DNA of 64,000 bases. Origin: a virus. The notes under the pieces were generated by a model. That model was given only the letters and a program-made list of their open reading frames with translations, had not been told where the DNA came from and searched no databases. Shown here one piece after another: positions 55,096 through 63,974 of the stretch. Position 1 is the stretch's first letter, and each line of letters starts with the position of its first letter. The stretch lies in the IMG/VR virus record IMGVR_UViG_3300022902_000006. One strand, given 5' to 3'. The position numbers and the translations under genes are program-made.

Positions 55096-58000
55096 TAGTA
55101 GTCGAGCCCGTCGTCTTTTTTAACCTTACGGGGCTCTACTTTGCTTGTACCAGGGGTAGCTTCTTTTTTAGGACTGGGGACAACAACGAGGTGCCTACCC
55201 GCGCGCTTCATCAGCGCGTCTGAAACAGGGTTCTTCAGCACTTCATCGAAGCCACGCATGTTGGGGATGCGTGTGCGATCAGGGAGCACGAGCGAACCGT
55301 CAGGCATAGCCTTGACCGTTGCGACGTGGTCCCCTGTCGCGTCTCCTTTCTTTGCAGTAATGTCAGACACGAGCCCATTCATATTGTAAGCGCTGATAGG
55401 GAAGTCCCGCACCATGCGTCCCATATAGGGTCCGAGCCTCTTGAACACACCACTCTTTTCTAGCTCGCGATCCTTGATGTGGTACACACTACGTTGTGCC
55501 TGGTTCTTGAGCCAACTGGCACTCTTGTTGCGAAACTCGGAGGACCCAAGGACTGCGGTCTTCACCGTCACCCAATTAACGATCAACCACCCGGTAATGG
55601 GGTCGTAATACAATCCGCTACTCGATTGGTTGAGCGCGTTGGGCTCCGCGCCTCCTAGAATTTCTATAGCGGTACGTGGACGTATGTCACCGATGTTGCC
55701 GGTCCTGATTGTGGGCGTCGAAATCAGTTCTCGGAAAATCTCCTCACTGAACGTGGACGTCGCAAGGCGCTTCATGTGGGATTGGTGTGCTTTGTAGTAA
55801 TCCTTGATGAACTCATCGGAGTTACGCCCACACACTTCCATGATTGCCATGGCACCATAGTAGTGTTCTCGCACGCGTGTCATGCCCTTATACTTCGTGA
55901 GGGCACCACCATCTTGGTAACGCTTATAGATGTCGAAGTAGGCGTCACGCACGTTCTTGGCTGCGTGGTACATCAACAACGGCAATTCGTATCGGAGCTT
56001 CTGGATGACCTCCTTACCGAAGTCGCGGAGCAGCACTGCTTCAGGGGAGCTGCGTGTTGCTTTGCGATCCATTTCGATAACGATGAACCGAGACAGGTCC
56101 TCCAGTGTGTGCAACCCACGAATGCCCGCAGTGATGACAGGACAACGGAAAGCATACTCCAGGTGCCTACCAGAAGTGCTTCCGATGACAGTGAGCCCAT
56201 CCTCGTTGGTCAAACCACGGAAGAGCTGGAGTAGTGTACGGCACACAACGCTTCGCCGATCATTGCCACCCGTATCTTCGAATTCATCCAGGCAGCACGC
56301 CTCCGTCGAGTGATTGAACTTCTGGCGCACACCTGCTGCCGTGTAGTTGTCCATGAACAGCGCCGGGAGAACGATGTTGATGCTGGGCAAGTTACCGCGC
56401 CCAATGAGCCCACCCATGAGGCTAGACTTGCCGCTCTGGGCCTCTGCGTTGAACATCAGAAGGATTTGGCGGGGCAGCGCATCAGAGATGAAGATTTGTA
56501 GCACCAACGCCGCTACCAGGTCGCAGGTGACTTCGTGGTTCTTGAAGTCCCACCCTGCGCTTACCATCTCACGAATCTTTGCGAGAGCTTCCGACAACGT
56601 CAAGGAGGGCATTCTGTTCAGGTCATCAGCGTTCTTGATGTGGGGGTAGATACACCGAGGCCAGTGCCCGGGTTCCGCGTACACGACAACGTTGTTCTTG
56701 ACATCGGTGGGACCTGCCAGCTTCTCCCACACTGCGCGGTCCTTATCGTAGTGTGCTTTGTACAGGTCCATGCCGTTGACCAAGTACGCAGTCATCTCTC
56801 CTTCTTCTGTCACCACGGTGTGGTACCCAGCGCCCAGCGTCTTCACTTCCTGCTGATTTGGGAGGTTGGCGCACAAGTTACCTACGGCAGTAGTAGCGTA
56901 ATCGCTCAACGCCTTCTCGTAGCGCAGATAGAAGATGTCTCCCTTCCCCGCGTACTCTTCCAGAAACTCAGGCTCTCCGATGTTTTCCTTGACCCACTGG
57001 TAGATGTCACAGCCCATCATGACCTGCAGAGTCACACGCAACTGCTTGGGGTCTCCGAGAGGGAGGTCGTAGATGCACTTCGTCACGATGTCCCACACCT
57101 GCAACTTTTGCTGGGATCCAATCTCGTGCCGCTTGAGAATGTGGAGGCGCGACGCCAACACGGTGCGGAGCCGCTCAATGAACGCCTCTTCGTTTTCGTC
57201 CCCTGACACCAGCTCAGTCAGGACTTGACCACCATTGATGCTGTGCTGTGCGGCCACAGCCTGTATGTACGCTTGCTGCTCTGTAGGGTCTCGTACAAAG
57301 CGGCCCCACTTCGCCGCCACGTTTGTCAAGTAGCGAATATCTTCTTCGGGGATGGACGCCATCTCTTGCAGCGCCCTCGCCTCCGCCCACTTGTACGGGA
57401 ATTCGAAGTTCGTGGGATCACGGAGGGAGGCTTCCACTGTGGCCAAACCGAAGGTGTTAATGAGGTCATCCGGGTCGGGCGCATCATTCCCCTGGATAGC
57501 CATGGCAGCGGGCCAACCGTACACACGCAGTGCCAACTTCAGCGTTGTACTGAGTACCTGTCGTACCCACCCCTCGCCCCCGTCGTCGTTGTCCCCAACA
57601 AGGTATCCAGAGTTGAAACCGAACTCACGCAAAACATCCATGCTATCGACGGACCCACCTCCCCCACTAAAGACGAGCATGCCCACGTTGTGGGTGGCCA
57701 CTTGCCGCGCATGGAAGGCGAGGGCATCGAACTCCCCCTCAACTACGTGACACGAGTCCACATCGTTCGCCGCGATGTACGCGGTGTAGGGTGGGATGCC
57801 GTACAACCCGAGCAGGCCATTGGACGTCTCCAGATCGTCAGGGAGGTACTTTGTGACCTTCGGCGCCGTCGTGCTGAAGCCAGCCCCAGAAGCCGCAGGG
57901 ACCTGGCGCACCTTAATGCGGCAAATCTCCTCCGGTGACGCCCCTGTGTAGAACATCACGGACCCGAGCCATTGGGAGTTGTTGTACACCGGCTCCAGGT

Positions 58001-58643
58001 ACTTCTGCGTGTCGGCCCAGCGGTCTTTCAGGTTGTGCAACTTGACGTACTGGTCCACCAACACCTGAAGCCGTGCTTTGGGTGGGAGGACGCCCAAGGG
58101 GAGGAGGTGGTGTACGCCTGAGATGCCGCGTGATGTTAGATAGCGTACAGCGTTCAGCGCGTAAGCCAAGTCAGGAGGAGCATTGGGCTGTGAGGCGTCA
58201 ATCAGCTCACCCTGCGTAATCTCGTGCAGCATCCGCTTGATGTCACGGCGGTTCTGCCTTTTGGATAGTTCACGAATCGCCGTCTTCGGCAATCGAATGC
58301 TGAAGCGGTCCTTCATTTCGTTGACCGCAGCGGCGTAGTTCAGATTATGGAGCTGGGAGTAAAAGCGGATGGGGTCCCAGAAGTACGCGTCACAATTTGT
58401 GGAGAGGCACTTCGCGTACTTGTGTTCCAGGTTGACCATGAACGACGGACTTCGGTCGCTATGGAAGGGACACAACCCCATGATGCGGGGACCTGAGATC
58501 GCCCACTTGTTTCCACCGTGGACGTTGTTCAGTATGTGCAACCAGTCGCGTACGTTGATGCTACTCCACAGCGCACGCAGCTTGGTGGGATGTATCTTCG
58601 CTAATACTTTATTCGACGGTCCCTTCTTATCATTCCCTGGCAT
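55095..58643 (-). CDS. primase-helicase (CHC2 zinc finger + TOPRIM + P-loop ATPase)
   Basis: CPFHSDRSPS..KCLSTNC, VVEGEFDAL, GDNDDGG, AEAQSGKSS, CLDEFE. Confidence 0.85.
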   Translation of the reverse strand: MPGNDKKGPSNKVLAKIHPTKLRALWSSINVRDWLHILNNVHGGNKWAISGPRIMGLCPFHSDRSPSFMVNLEHKYAKCLSTNCDAYFWDPIRFYSQLHNLNYAAAVNEMKDRFSIRLPKTAIRELSKRQNRRDIKRMLHEITQGELIDASQPNAPPDLAYALNAVRYLTSRGISGVHHLLPLGVLPPKARLQVLVDQYVKLHNLKDRWADTQKYLEPVYNNSQWLGSVMFYTGASPEEICRIKVRQVPAASGAGFSTTAPKVTKYLPDDLETSNGLLGLYGIPPYTAYIAANDVDSCHVVEGEFDALAFHARQVATHNVGMLVFSGGGGSVDSMDVLREFGFNSGYLVGDNDDGGEGWVRQVLSTTLKLALRVYGWPAAMAIQGNDAPDPDDLINTFGLATVEASLRDPTNFEFPYKWAEARALQEMASIPEEDIRYLTNVAAKWGRFVRDPTEQQAYIQAVAAQHSINGGQVLTELVSGDENEEAFIERLRTVLASRLHILKRHEIGSQQKLQVWDIVTKCIYDLPLGDPKQLRVTLQVMMGCDIYQWVKENIGEPEFLEEYAGKGDIFYLRYEKALSDYATTAVGNLCANLPNQQEVKTLGAGYHTVVTEEGEMTAYLVNGMDLYKAHYDKDRAVWEKLAGPTDVKNNVVVYAEPGHWPRCIYPHIKNADDLNRMPSLTLSEALAKIREMVSAGWDFKNHEVTCDLVAALVLQIFISDALPRQILLMFNAEAQSGKSSLMGGLIGRGNLPSINIVLPALFMDNYTAAGVRQKFNHSTEACCLDEFEDTGGNDRRSVVCRTLLQLFRGLTNEDGLTVIGSTSGRHLEYAFRCPVITAGIRGLHTLEDLSRFIVIEMDRKATRSSPEAVLLRDFGKEVIQKLRYELPLLMYHAAKNVRDAYFDIYKRYQDGGALTKYKGMTRVREHYYGAMAIMEVCGRNSDEFIKDYYKAHQSHMKRLATSTFSEEIFRELISTPTIRTGNIGDIRPRTAIEILGGAEPNALNQSSSGLYYDPITGWLIVNWVTVKTAVLGSSEFRNKSASWLKNQAQRSVYHIKDRELEKSGVFKRLGPYMGRMVRDFPISAYNMNGLVSDITAKKGDATGDHVATVKAMPDGSLVLPDRTRIPNMRGFDEVLKNPVSDALMKRAGRHLVVVPSPKKEATPGTSKVEPRKVKKDDGLDY

Positions 58644-58663
58644 ATCATGTGCTACCTATAAGG

Positions 58664-59467
58664 CTAGTATGCGGGACACACGGGGCGCTGCCCGCAGTAG
58701 TCACACAACCAACCTTTGATGGCCTCCCGTTTCTGTGTGGCGTCAGCCGCTGAGGCCAGCCACGTTTCGAACTCACGACGTAGGATCGGCAAATCATGCG
58801 TACGAGTCAGCGCGGTACCCCAGCGAATACGACTTCCGTCCTTATCCGGGTCGGCTCCCGGGTAGTGAACAGCCGGACGAACCGACTTCAGCTCAGGGTA
58901 TGCTACGAATGCGCCAAGCGAGTACACGCGGAGCTGCGGGAGGCGCTCCTCGATTGCGATCTCTTCGCCTGCTTTGTGGTCAAGCACGATGCCGTGCCAT
59001 TGAGGGGTGATGAGGAGGAGGTCAATGATACCCCGGAACAGGGCGTCCTTGCCCCACCAGCCACACGGCTTGTACAACGCCGTCATCGCCAACTTATGTT
59101 CCGGGTATTTACCGCGTAAACCAAACTTGGCTTCGAACGCTGCCATGCGGTCGCGGAAGTCCTCGATAGCTTCGCGGTACATCATGACCCGCTCTGTCAT
59201 CTCATACGTGAGTGGCTTCTTGCCCAGCGCCATTTCGTACGCGACGCTGACCTTGGCACCCTTTGCCACCAGTTCCAGGATGTAGTGCACCGCGTCCCCG
59301 ATGCACGAAATAGCAGAGCGGGGCTCCTTCGACTTGGCCTTCTTACGGTACTGTTGGTGATATGCGAAGGGACACGTCTTGGCTGTGCTCCCTTTTGAAT
59401 ACGTCCAGGGGCGTGCAGCCTCGATGTCGGGAGTCACCAATACCACATGCTGTTCAGAATCGGCCAC
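58664..59467 (-). CDS. PD-(D/E)XK nuclease (RecB/Cas4-like)
   Basis: TCP..Y, GDAVH, GIIDLL..LDHKAG, QLRVY, C-terminal CDYC..C. Confidence 0.8.
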   Translation of the reverse strand: MADSEQHVVLVTPDIEAARPWTYSKGSTAKTCPFAYHQQYRKKAKSKEPRSAISCIGDAVHYILELVAKGAKVSVAYEMALGKKPLTYEMTERVMMYREAIEDFRDRMAAFEAKFGLRGKYPEHKLAMTALYKPCGWWGKDALFRGIIDLLLITPQWHGIVLDHKAGEEIAIEERLPQLRVYSLGAFVAYPELKSVRPAVHYPGADPDKDGSRIRWGTALTRTHDLPILRREFETWLASAADATQKREAIKGWLCDYCGQRPVCPAY

Positions 59468-59487
59468 GAGAGGTCACCTGTCCTATC

Positions 59488-59528
59488 AAAAAAACGGGGG
59501 CCGACGCGCCTACATACGCCGACCCCCG
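59488..59528 (-). terminator. intrinsic terminator
   Basis: 13-bp stem with G-U pairs valid only on the minus strand, followed by 7 T. Confidence 0.8.
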
Positions 59529-59560
59529 AAACTGCTCAGAACAAAAAGCGCCGGACTCGG

Positions 59561-60481
59561 CTACAGCTTGACGTCGGGATTGGGGCTGTCGCCCTCGGTC
59601 CCTGCCGTCAGCTTGTCAGGATCGATGTTCTCCTCGATATCCGCCGCTTCCGCCTGCTTCGCGGTGACCTCAGTCCAGTGCTTCTCCAGGTACGTGGCCC
59701 GCGCGGAGCGCACCATGTCATACAGCGCGACGCACGCCTCCCGGAAGTGCGCCGGGGTGTCTTCGGCCTGACCGCTGGCCTTGAAGCTGTAGAACACACC
59801 CTTGTCGTTCTTCTCCTCCTTGGAGGAGAGCGTCATCCAGCGATCCCAGAGGTCATCGACCTCGTCAGCCAGCCCGATGATCTGGTTTCCGGCCTTGCGG
59901 GAGGTACGGAAGAACTCCAGTTGGTACAGCTTCAGGTTGTGCTTGGCCAGGACCATGGCCACCCAGCCGTTGTCGCAGTCCGTGAAATCGCCGCCCTTGT
60001 TCTTCCCGAAGGGGAGCTGGATGCACTTGTCGCAGAGGCCGAAACGATGGCCGAGCCGGGCATCCGGGGCGAAGCAGACGGGTGCCGCCTGCTGGTCAGC
60101 CGGGAACATCCGGTTGGCCTCGAACATGTACAGGGGCACGAACTCGAAGGGTGCCTGCACGAGCGCCCCAGAGGACGTGAAGAAGTTGCCCGGGACAGCG
60201 CCATCGGGCTTGTTGCGCGTGGTGCCCTGGACCATGCGGAGCACCGGGGTCTGGATTTGTGCTTGTGCCTCCTCCAGTCCGCGACGCTTGGGGTTGATGG
60301 TAGCCATGATTCGCTCAAGCATGGCGACCGCGTCCGGATCGTCCTTGTGGCGATCCACGATGTCGGTGAGCACCGTGGTGGCACCCTCCTTGGCCTCGGT
60401 CAGCGCGACAAGGTACGGGTCTTGCGTGGCAATCTTGTCACCGGTGTCGGCAGCGTCGCCACCGGTCTGTGCATCAGACAT
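59561..60481 (-). CDS. putative ssDNA-binding/annealing protein (306 aa)
   Basis: PVLRMVQG..VPGNFF beta-rich core, acidic C-terminal tail, strongly GC3-biased codons, located in replication cluster. Confidence 0.45.
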   Translation of the reverse strand: MSDAQTGGDAADTGDKIATQDPYLVALTEAKEGATTVLTDIVDRHKDDPDAVAMLERIMATINPKRRGLEEAQAQIQTPVLRMVQGTTRNKPDGAVPGNFFTSSGALVQAPFEFVPLYMFEANRMFPADQQAAPVCFAPDARLGHRFGLCDKCIQLPFGKNKGGDFTDCDNGWVAMVLAKHNLKLYQLEFFRTSRKAGNQIIGLADEVDDLWDRWMTLSSKEEKNDKGVFYSFKASGQAEDTPAHFREACVALYDMVRSARATYLEKHWTEVTAKQAEAADIEENIDPDKLTAGTEGDSPNPDVKL

Positions 60482-60611
60482 GGGTAAAACCTCCTGTTGT
60501 TTTAACTACTTTCGCCGTGTGAGAGATCCACACTACATTTCTCAAACGTACGCGTCAAGCTAATTGTATGTCGATCACATCGACATCCCATTTTGTACAA
60601 TTAATACGGGA

Positions 60612-60639
60612 TTGTAGTGAACTATGCGCCATGTATAAT
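60612..60639 (+). promoter_or_regulatory. sigma70-like promoter TTGTAG-N16-TATAAT
   Basis: Perfect TATAAT at 60634-39 in an AT-rich intergenic region, 7 nt before ATG 60647. Confidence 0.6.
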
Positions 60640-60646
60640 CTGGCAC

Positions 60647-61483
60647 ATGCCCCAACACGACGAAGTTGCCGCAATCTACCACCGTGAACTACACGCCCTC
60701 GACCTGTGTAACCCCCGCCAAGAGCGCGAGCTACTTTGCCGATACCACGAGCACCGAGATATCGCGGCGCGCAACACACTCGTGAAGAAGAACTTGAGAT
60801 TCGTTGTTCGTGTTGCGCGGAAGTGTGCCAAAGGGGACACAGAGGCTCTGGCCAGTTTTGTATCTGCAGGAAACGAAGGTCTAATCGTCGCCGCAGACAA
60901 ATACTGTCCGTGGGTGATCCCTTGCCCCGAATGTGACACTCCGAACTACGTACATCAAACCAAACGCCAGCGCTGCAAACGATGCAACCGCGCCCTTCGC
61001 AGCGCTGACGCTAAGAAATTCACCACGCGCTTTCTAACCTACGCAGGGTGGTGGGTCCTGGAAGCCATTCGCACGGACATGTATCGGATGGGCCATGCTG
61101 TCCACGTACCACCCCACAAGATCAAAGAGATACAACGTCGCCGTGACAAAGGCGAAGACGCCCCGGGCATTGTAGGAGTTCCCTACGCTGACGCTGCTGA
61201 CGATGAATCCCTTACAGGTACAGACGCACTCGCAGCCACTACCCTACGCCACAAAACACGCCGCGCCATTCAACAACTTCCGCCACGCAAAGCCTACATC
61301 GTCGCAGCCTACTTCGGCCTACGCGGAGACCGCGCACGCACACTCAAAGAGATTTCCGTGCTCTTGGACATATGCCCAGAACGAGTACGGCAACTCAAAG
61401 AAGTTGCGATGCGGATGTTACAGGGGTACTTGGCGGAATACGCTGAATCAGCGGAGGGGGGAGAACTGGCGTTGTTGGCCTAG
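60647..61483 (+). CDS. sigma-70-family sigma factor with Zn-ribbon insertion
   Basis: KKNLRFVVRVARK, AGNEGLIVAADKY, RFLTYAGWW, region 4 RTLKEIS..CPERVRQL; start re-picked at ATG 60647. Confidence 0.85.
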   Translation: MPQHDEVAAIYHRELHALDLCNPRQERELLCRYHEHRDIAARNTLVKKNLRFVVRVARKCAKGDTEALASFVSAGNEGLIVAADKYCPWVIPCPECDTPNYVHQTKRQRCKRCNRALRSADAKKFTTRFLTYAGWWVLEAIRTDMYRMGHAVHVPPHKIKEIQRRRDKGEDAPGIVGVPYADAADDESLTGTDALAATTLRHKTRRAIQQLPPRKAYIVAAYFGLRGDRARTLKEISVLLDICPERVRQLKEVAMRMLQGYLAEYAESAEGGELALLA

Positions 61484-62427
61484 AAGGGGGAGTCGCGGAA
61501 GCCCGCGACCCACTCCAGAGCCTTGGCAGCGCCCTGCAGCATGGTCTTGGTCTTGTCGCTGCGCGCGCTGGCGTGCTTCTCGTACGTGGCACCCAGGGTG
61601 TCCTTGATGTCCGTCTTGCCCCGGGTGTTGATGGCGTTCTTCTTGAGGCGCTCCAGGAGCGTCTCCAACCCCTGACGTGCCACATCCGGGGTGCCCTTGT
61701 CGTCTGCCGCCGGGGGACGACCGCGCCCCTTCTTGCCCTTGCCGCCCTTCTTGGCCGCAGCCTTGGCAGCGGTGGTGCCGACGTCGCTTGAGGTGCGGGA
61801 CTCCCCACGCAGGATCGCCTTGAACTCCTTGAGCTGCGCCTCCGGAGAGGACAGCTTGCCCAGCTCACGGCAATGGGCGAAGGTGATCTTCTTCTTCCGC
61901 AGCCCCTCCTGCACCTGCTCCGGGAGATCCAGGAGCGACAGACGCTGGGAGATGTACCCCGCCGAGCACTTGAACACCTTCTCAGCCAGCATCTTGGCGG
62001 TGATCACGACCGACTTGGCGTTGCCCGGGAGCACGCCCTTCTGGCCGATGATGCGCCTGAACTGCTCAGCCTCCTCCAGCGGGGCCAGGTCGGAGCGGCC
62101 TGCGTTCTCCACCGCCCGCACCAACTCCAGCGCGGTCTCGTCGGTGCCGTCCACGATGATGACGGGAACCACCTTGCGCCCGGCCAGCTTCGCCGCACGC
62201 CAGCGCCGCTCACCCGCGACGAGCTGGAGCACACCCTCCTCCACGTAGCAGGACAGGGGGTTGAGAACACCCACCGTCTTGATCATCTGCGCCAGCCCTG
62301 CCAGCTCGTCCCGGGCGAAGTCCTTGCGGACATTGGCCCCCTTGATGCGGTTCACGTCGCCGATGGCGACATCGTACTTCTGGCCCACGACGTACTCAAC
62401 GACGGTGGGCGTTTTCTTTGCGGTCAT
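61480..62427 (-). CDS. parB: ParB/Spo0J-family partition protein
   Basis: GVLNPL, LVAGERRWRAA CTP-binding motif, VENAGRSDLAPLEEA, HTH SAGYISQRLSLLDLP; basic C-terminal linker. Confidence 0.9.
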   Translation of the reverse strand: MTAKKTPTVVEYVVGQKYDVAIGDVNRIKGANVRKDFARDELAGLAQMIKTVGVLNPLSCYVEEGVLQLVAGERRWRAAKLAGRKVVPVIIVDGTDETALELVRAVENAGRSDLAPLEEAEQFRRIIGQKGVLPGNAKSVVITAKMLAEKVFKCSAGYISQRLSLLDLPEQVQEGLRKKKITFAHCRELGKLSSPEAQLKEFKAILRGESRTSSDVGTTAAKAAAKKGGKGKKGRGRPPAADDKGTPDVARQGLETLLERLKKNAINTRGKTDIKDTLGATYEKHASARSDKTKTMLQGAAKALEWVAGFRDSPF

Positions 62428-62822
62428 GTTCTGACCTCCTCCTGTTGGGGTGGTGGTGATACAACTTCTTCAGCCTCTTCTGCTTCGGTCTCTTCTTCGT
62501 GGGGCACGATCTGCTTCGTCTTCATCGCCTCGGTAGCGGCGTTGGCGATGCCCATGAACTTGGTGGCCTGCGCCACGATCTTTGCGCTCGGAAACAGCAC
62601 GCTCGCGGCTTGCACTGCCGCGTTGCTGAGTCCGAGGATGGTCCGGAGACCCCGCTCAACGCGGTCACGATCCAGCCGCTTCTTGCGCCGGGTAGCGAAC
62701 TCCAGATCATCTGCGAACTGATTGAGGCGATCGAGAAATCGATCGAGTAGGGTACGTGGTTCTTTGTTGCGGCGAAATAGCACTCGTTTAGCCTTCCTTG
62801 AGTATCTTCTGTACTTCATCAA
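62424..62822 (-). CDS. hypothetical protein (132 aa)
   Basis: Coupled to ParB start; exact start uncertain. Confidence 0.55.
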   Translation of the reverse strand: MMKYRRYSRKAKRVLFRRNKEPRTLLDRFLDRLNQFADDLEFATRRKKRLDRDRVERGLRTILGLSNAAVQAASVLFPSAKIVAQATKFMGIANAATEAMKTKQIVPHEEETEAEEAEEVVSPPPQQEEVRT

Positions 62823-63021
62823 GGTCTAGGTATCGCAACCGTGTGGCCCCCAGAGGCTTCCCCTCCAGGATGTCACCGACTACGAAAAAGAATTCCGTGG
62901 CGATGTCTTGCGCTGGTACGTCTAACGCTGTGTAGTACGCACGATACACGGCACGGATAAGGCGATACCGATACAGGATGTCATGAGTGACAATCCCCGC
63001 TTTACTTGTTTTCTTCGGCAT
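62788..63021 (-). CDS. small hypothetical protein (about 77 aa)
   Basis: Start re-picked at ATG 63021 overlapping upstream ORF end. Confidence 0.5.
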   Translation of the reverse strand: MPKKTSKAGIVTHDILYRYRLIRAVYRAYYTALDVPAQDIATEFFFVVGDILEGKPLGATRLRYLDLDEVQKILKEG

Positions 63022-63424
63022 CACTCTCAAACGGTTTGGTGCCACAATCCGCAGAACACTTCGGAACGTTGACCCGATCTCCAGGTACCAAGGGTGCACC
63101 GCAAATAGGGCACACAGCCCCATCCGTGCTGGCCTCCTTCACCTTCCCAGGGTCTTCATCTACTCCGAGTTTTTCCACATAGCACCTATTCGTAAAGAGG
63201 GTGGACTGGTCCGGCTTCAACTTGCCGTGGTAGCGGTAGCGGTAAAGACCCCGAGTGGAGTCTTCTGCAATGCACACAATGTGGTGTCTTTGCTGTCGCA
63301 GATCCGAAATGCGCCCGGTGTACTTGAGAGCGATTCGACACAATTCCCAGTTGTACGCACCTCGTTGGCCGCGTTCTTTCAGAAATTGTAGGATCTTTGC
63401 GCATTGGTTATCCAGGCGTCCCAT
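63002..63424 (-). CDS. winged-HTH protein with C-terminal CxxC
   Basis: KILQFL..YNWEL..YTGRISDLRQQ HTH pattern; CPIC..KC..C. Confidence 0.6.
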   Translation of the reverse strand: MGRLDNQCAKILQFLKERGQRGAYNWELCRIALKYTGRISDLRQQRHHIVCIAEDSTRGLYRYRYHGKLKPDQSTLFTNRCYVEKLGVDEDPGKVKEASTDGAVCPICGAPLVPGDRVNVPKCSADCGTKPFESDAEENK

Positions 63425-63435
63425 CTAGCCACCTA

Positions 63436-63465
63436 GAGGACCCTCTTGTACCACGGGAGGTCCTC
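63436..63465. terminator. intergenic hairpin (possible terminator)
   Basis: GAGGACC...GGTCCTC 7-bp stem next to a TTTAC-N3-GTAAA site; no clear U-tract. Confidence 0.35.
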
Positions 63466-63491
63466 AGTTTACGGCGTAAAGGGTGGGGGAG

Positions 63492-63974
63492 CTACTTGAC
63501 CTTCTTGTCCGCAGCAGCCTTCTCCGCTGCCTTCTTGGCCTTCTCCGCCGCCGCGTCTTCCTTGGCCTTAACCTTGGCCTCCTCCGCCGCCTTGGCGTCA
63601 GCCTCCTTCTTGGCCTCGGCGTCCTTCTTGCGCTTGGCCGTCGCCGCCGCCTTCTCCGCCTTCTCCTCCTTGGAGAGGCCACGCGCCAGCATGATGTTGT
63701 TCGCCACGGCAGCGTCGCACTTGTCGCAGACCTTGTCCTTGATGATGGTCGTGCCCTTGTAGAAGATGACCAGGTCCGGCATCCTGCCGTTCTCGTTCAT
63801 CTCATCCAGGTACGTCTGGAGGGCCTGCACCTCCTCCTCGTGCTTCAGGGCCTGGTCTTCCTTCTCCTGGGCCTGGGCCAGGGTCAGCTCCAGCGTCGAC
63901 GCGCGCTTGCAGCGGTCGCAGTGCTCGGGGACGGTCACCTTCATGGGGGTTGCGGTGGGTTTTTGGTCAGACAT
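63492..63974 (-). CDS. hypothetical protein with split CxxC pairs and Ala/Lys/Glu-rich tail (160 aa)
   Basis: CDRC and CDKC about 60 aa apart; AK-rich C-terminal repeats. Confidence 0.7.
   Translation of the reverse strand: MSDQKPTATPMKVTVPEHCDRCKRASTLELTLAQAQEKEDQALKHEEEVQALQTYLDEMNENGRMPDLVIFYKGTTIIKDKVCDKCDAAVANNIMLARGLSKEEKAEKAAATAKRKKDAEAKKEADAKAAEEAKVKAKEDAAAEKAKKAAEKAAADKKVK

Larger units (their letters stand above)
1859..63480. repeat. dispersed 13-bp palindrome TTTAC-N3-GTAAA (9 exact copies)
   Basis: Exact copies read at 1859, 6550, 12242, 34196, 42120, 45999, 53882, 59108 and 63468; one-mismatch copies at 18733, 27261 and 50344; spacer almost always G/C only. Confidence 0.9.

Noticed and set aside
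38160-58665. Shared TATAGG/TAGTAT motifs upstream of nrdJ, primase and terminase as phage-sigma promoters
   Set aside because: Too short and inconsistent in orientation and spacing to support without TSS data
58664-59467. Cas4 / CRISPR system
   Set aside because: No repeat-spacer array or other cas genes seen; context is a replication cluster, so a generic PD-(D/E)XK nuclease is the simpler call
59447-62721. Long plus-strand ORFs 59447..60487 and 61873..62721
   Set aside because: Antisense shadows of strongly GC3-biased real genes; V/L/G/H-rich shadow composition and no motifs
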